Positions 63,765 through 64,000 of a stretch of 64,000 nt of DNA are shown here, piece after piece. The notes beneath the pieces were generated by a model. It searched no databases. It had not been told where the DNA came from and saw only the letters and a program-made list of their open reading frames with translations. The stretch is from Candidatus Acidiferrales bacterium (GTDB taxonomy: Bacteria > Acidobacteriota > Terriglobia > Acidiferrales > UBA7541). Location: contig DASWVE010000043.1 of the NCBI GenBank assembly GCA_036401315.1, positions 37,944 through 101,943 of the forward strand, read 5' to 3'. A program made the translations under genes and the position numbers. Every line of letters begins with the position of its first letter. Positions within the stretch are counted from its first letter, which is position 1.

Positions 63765-64000
63765 ATGAGAACCCACACCAACACCCAGTTCAAGTCGGTT
63801 TCAACTCGCTCCCAAATTCGCCTAGCCTCCGGCTCACAGGCGCACCAACCGGCCCTGTTGCTCACCGCCATCGCCACCTTTCTCGCGATCGTCGGCCTTT
63901 CCAGTTGCGCCGGCTACACCAGCGCCGCCAAAACCGGACCCGGAACCACCAACGGCGCCGGCGTTCTCTCCGCCAGCAGCACCACTCTTTCTTTCGGCGA
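63765..64000 (+). CDS. lipoprotein, N-terminal fragment (continues beyond the right edge)
   Basis: Own translation gives MRTHTNTQFKSVSTRSQIRLASGSQAHQPALLLTAIATFLAIVGLSSCAGYTSAAKTGPG... with lipobox LSSC. No stop before the window end. Confidence 0.5.
   Translation, partial: MRTHTNTQFKSVSTRSQIRLASGSQAHQPALLLTAIATFLAIVGLSSCAGYTSAAKTGPGTTNGAGVLSASSTTLSFG

Overview
This is a 64-kb, high-GC, gene-dense chromosomal segment. It reads as core genome of a diderm soil bacterium. Gene content and protein idiosyncrasies most resemble Acidobacteriota, but that is inference only. I call about 60 CDS. Most are recognisable housekeeping genes in classical syntenies: dprA-topA-xerC; ispE-prs-rplY(ctc)-pth-rpsF-rpsR-rplI-dnaB-alr; yacL-like-ispD-ispF-rlmB; ruvX-mltG; purH; selA; larB; ada; apt. 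Futalosine-pathway menaquinone genes sit in two separate loci (mqnC-mqnA; ubiX-like/UbiA-like/mqnE). I found no rRNA, tRNA, CRISPR array, transposase, integrase-bounded island or prophage. Many long ORFs in the track are antisense shadows of real genes, which is typical of high-GC DNA.

The less ordinary content:
- A minus-strand block at 47.0-54.1 kb has a 930-aa HEAT-repeat protein ending in a PilZ domain, followed by a MacB/Lol-type ABC exporter flanked by LolA/LolB-fold proteins.
- Two uncharacterised proteins are coupled to ruvX-mltG. They are separated by a 44-nt spacer carrying three CAAGGAAC repeats.
- An ECF sigma/anti-sigma/zinc-ribbon membrane protein operon.
- A TetR-linked secreted retropepsin-like/NTF2-like fusion protein.
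- A purH leader with two PUR-box-like direct repeats inside a 10-bp inverted repeat that covers the Shine-Dalgarno.
- An AT-richer LuxR-solo unit with a sigma-54-like promoter.
- A GDP-mannose 3,5-epimerase-like gene, rfbB and a VanZ-LamG membrane protein, together at the right end.
- A recurrent extended -10 motif (TGnTAnAnT), which in several cases sits 7-13 nt from the start codon and suggests leaderless mRNAs.

Nothing here can be declared a new system from sequence alone. All functional links are hypotheses, each given with a test.
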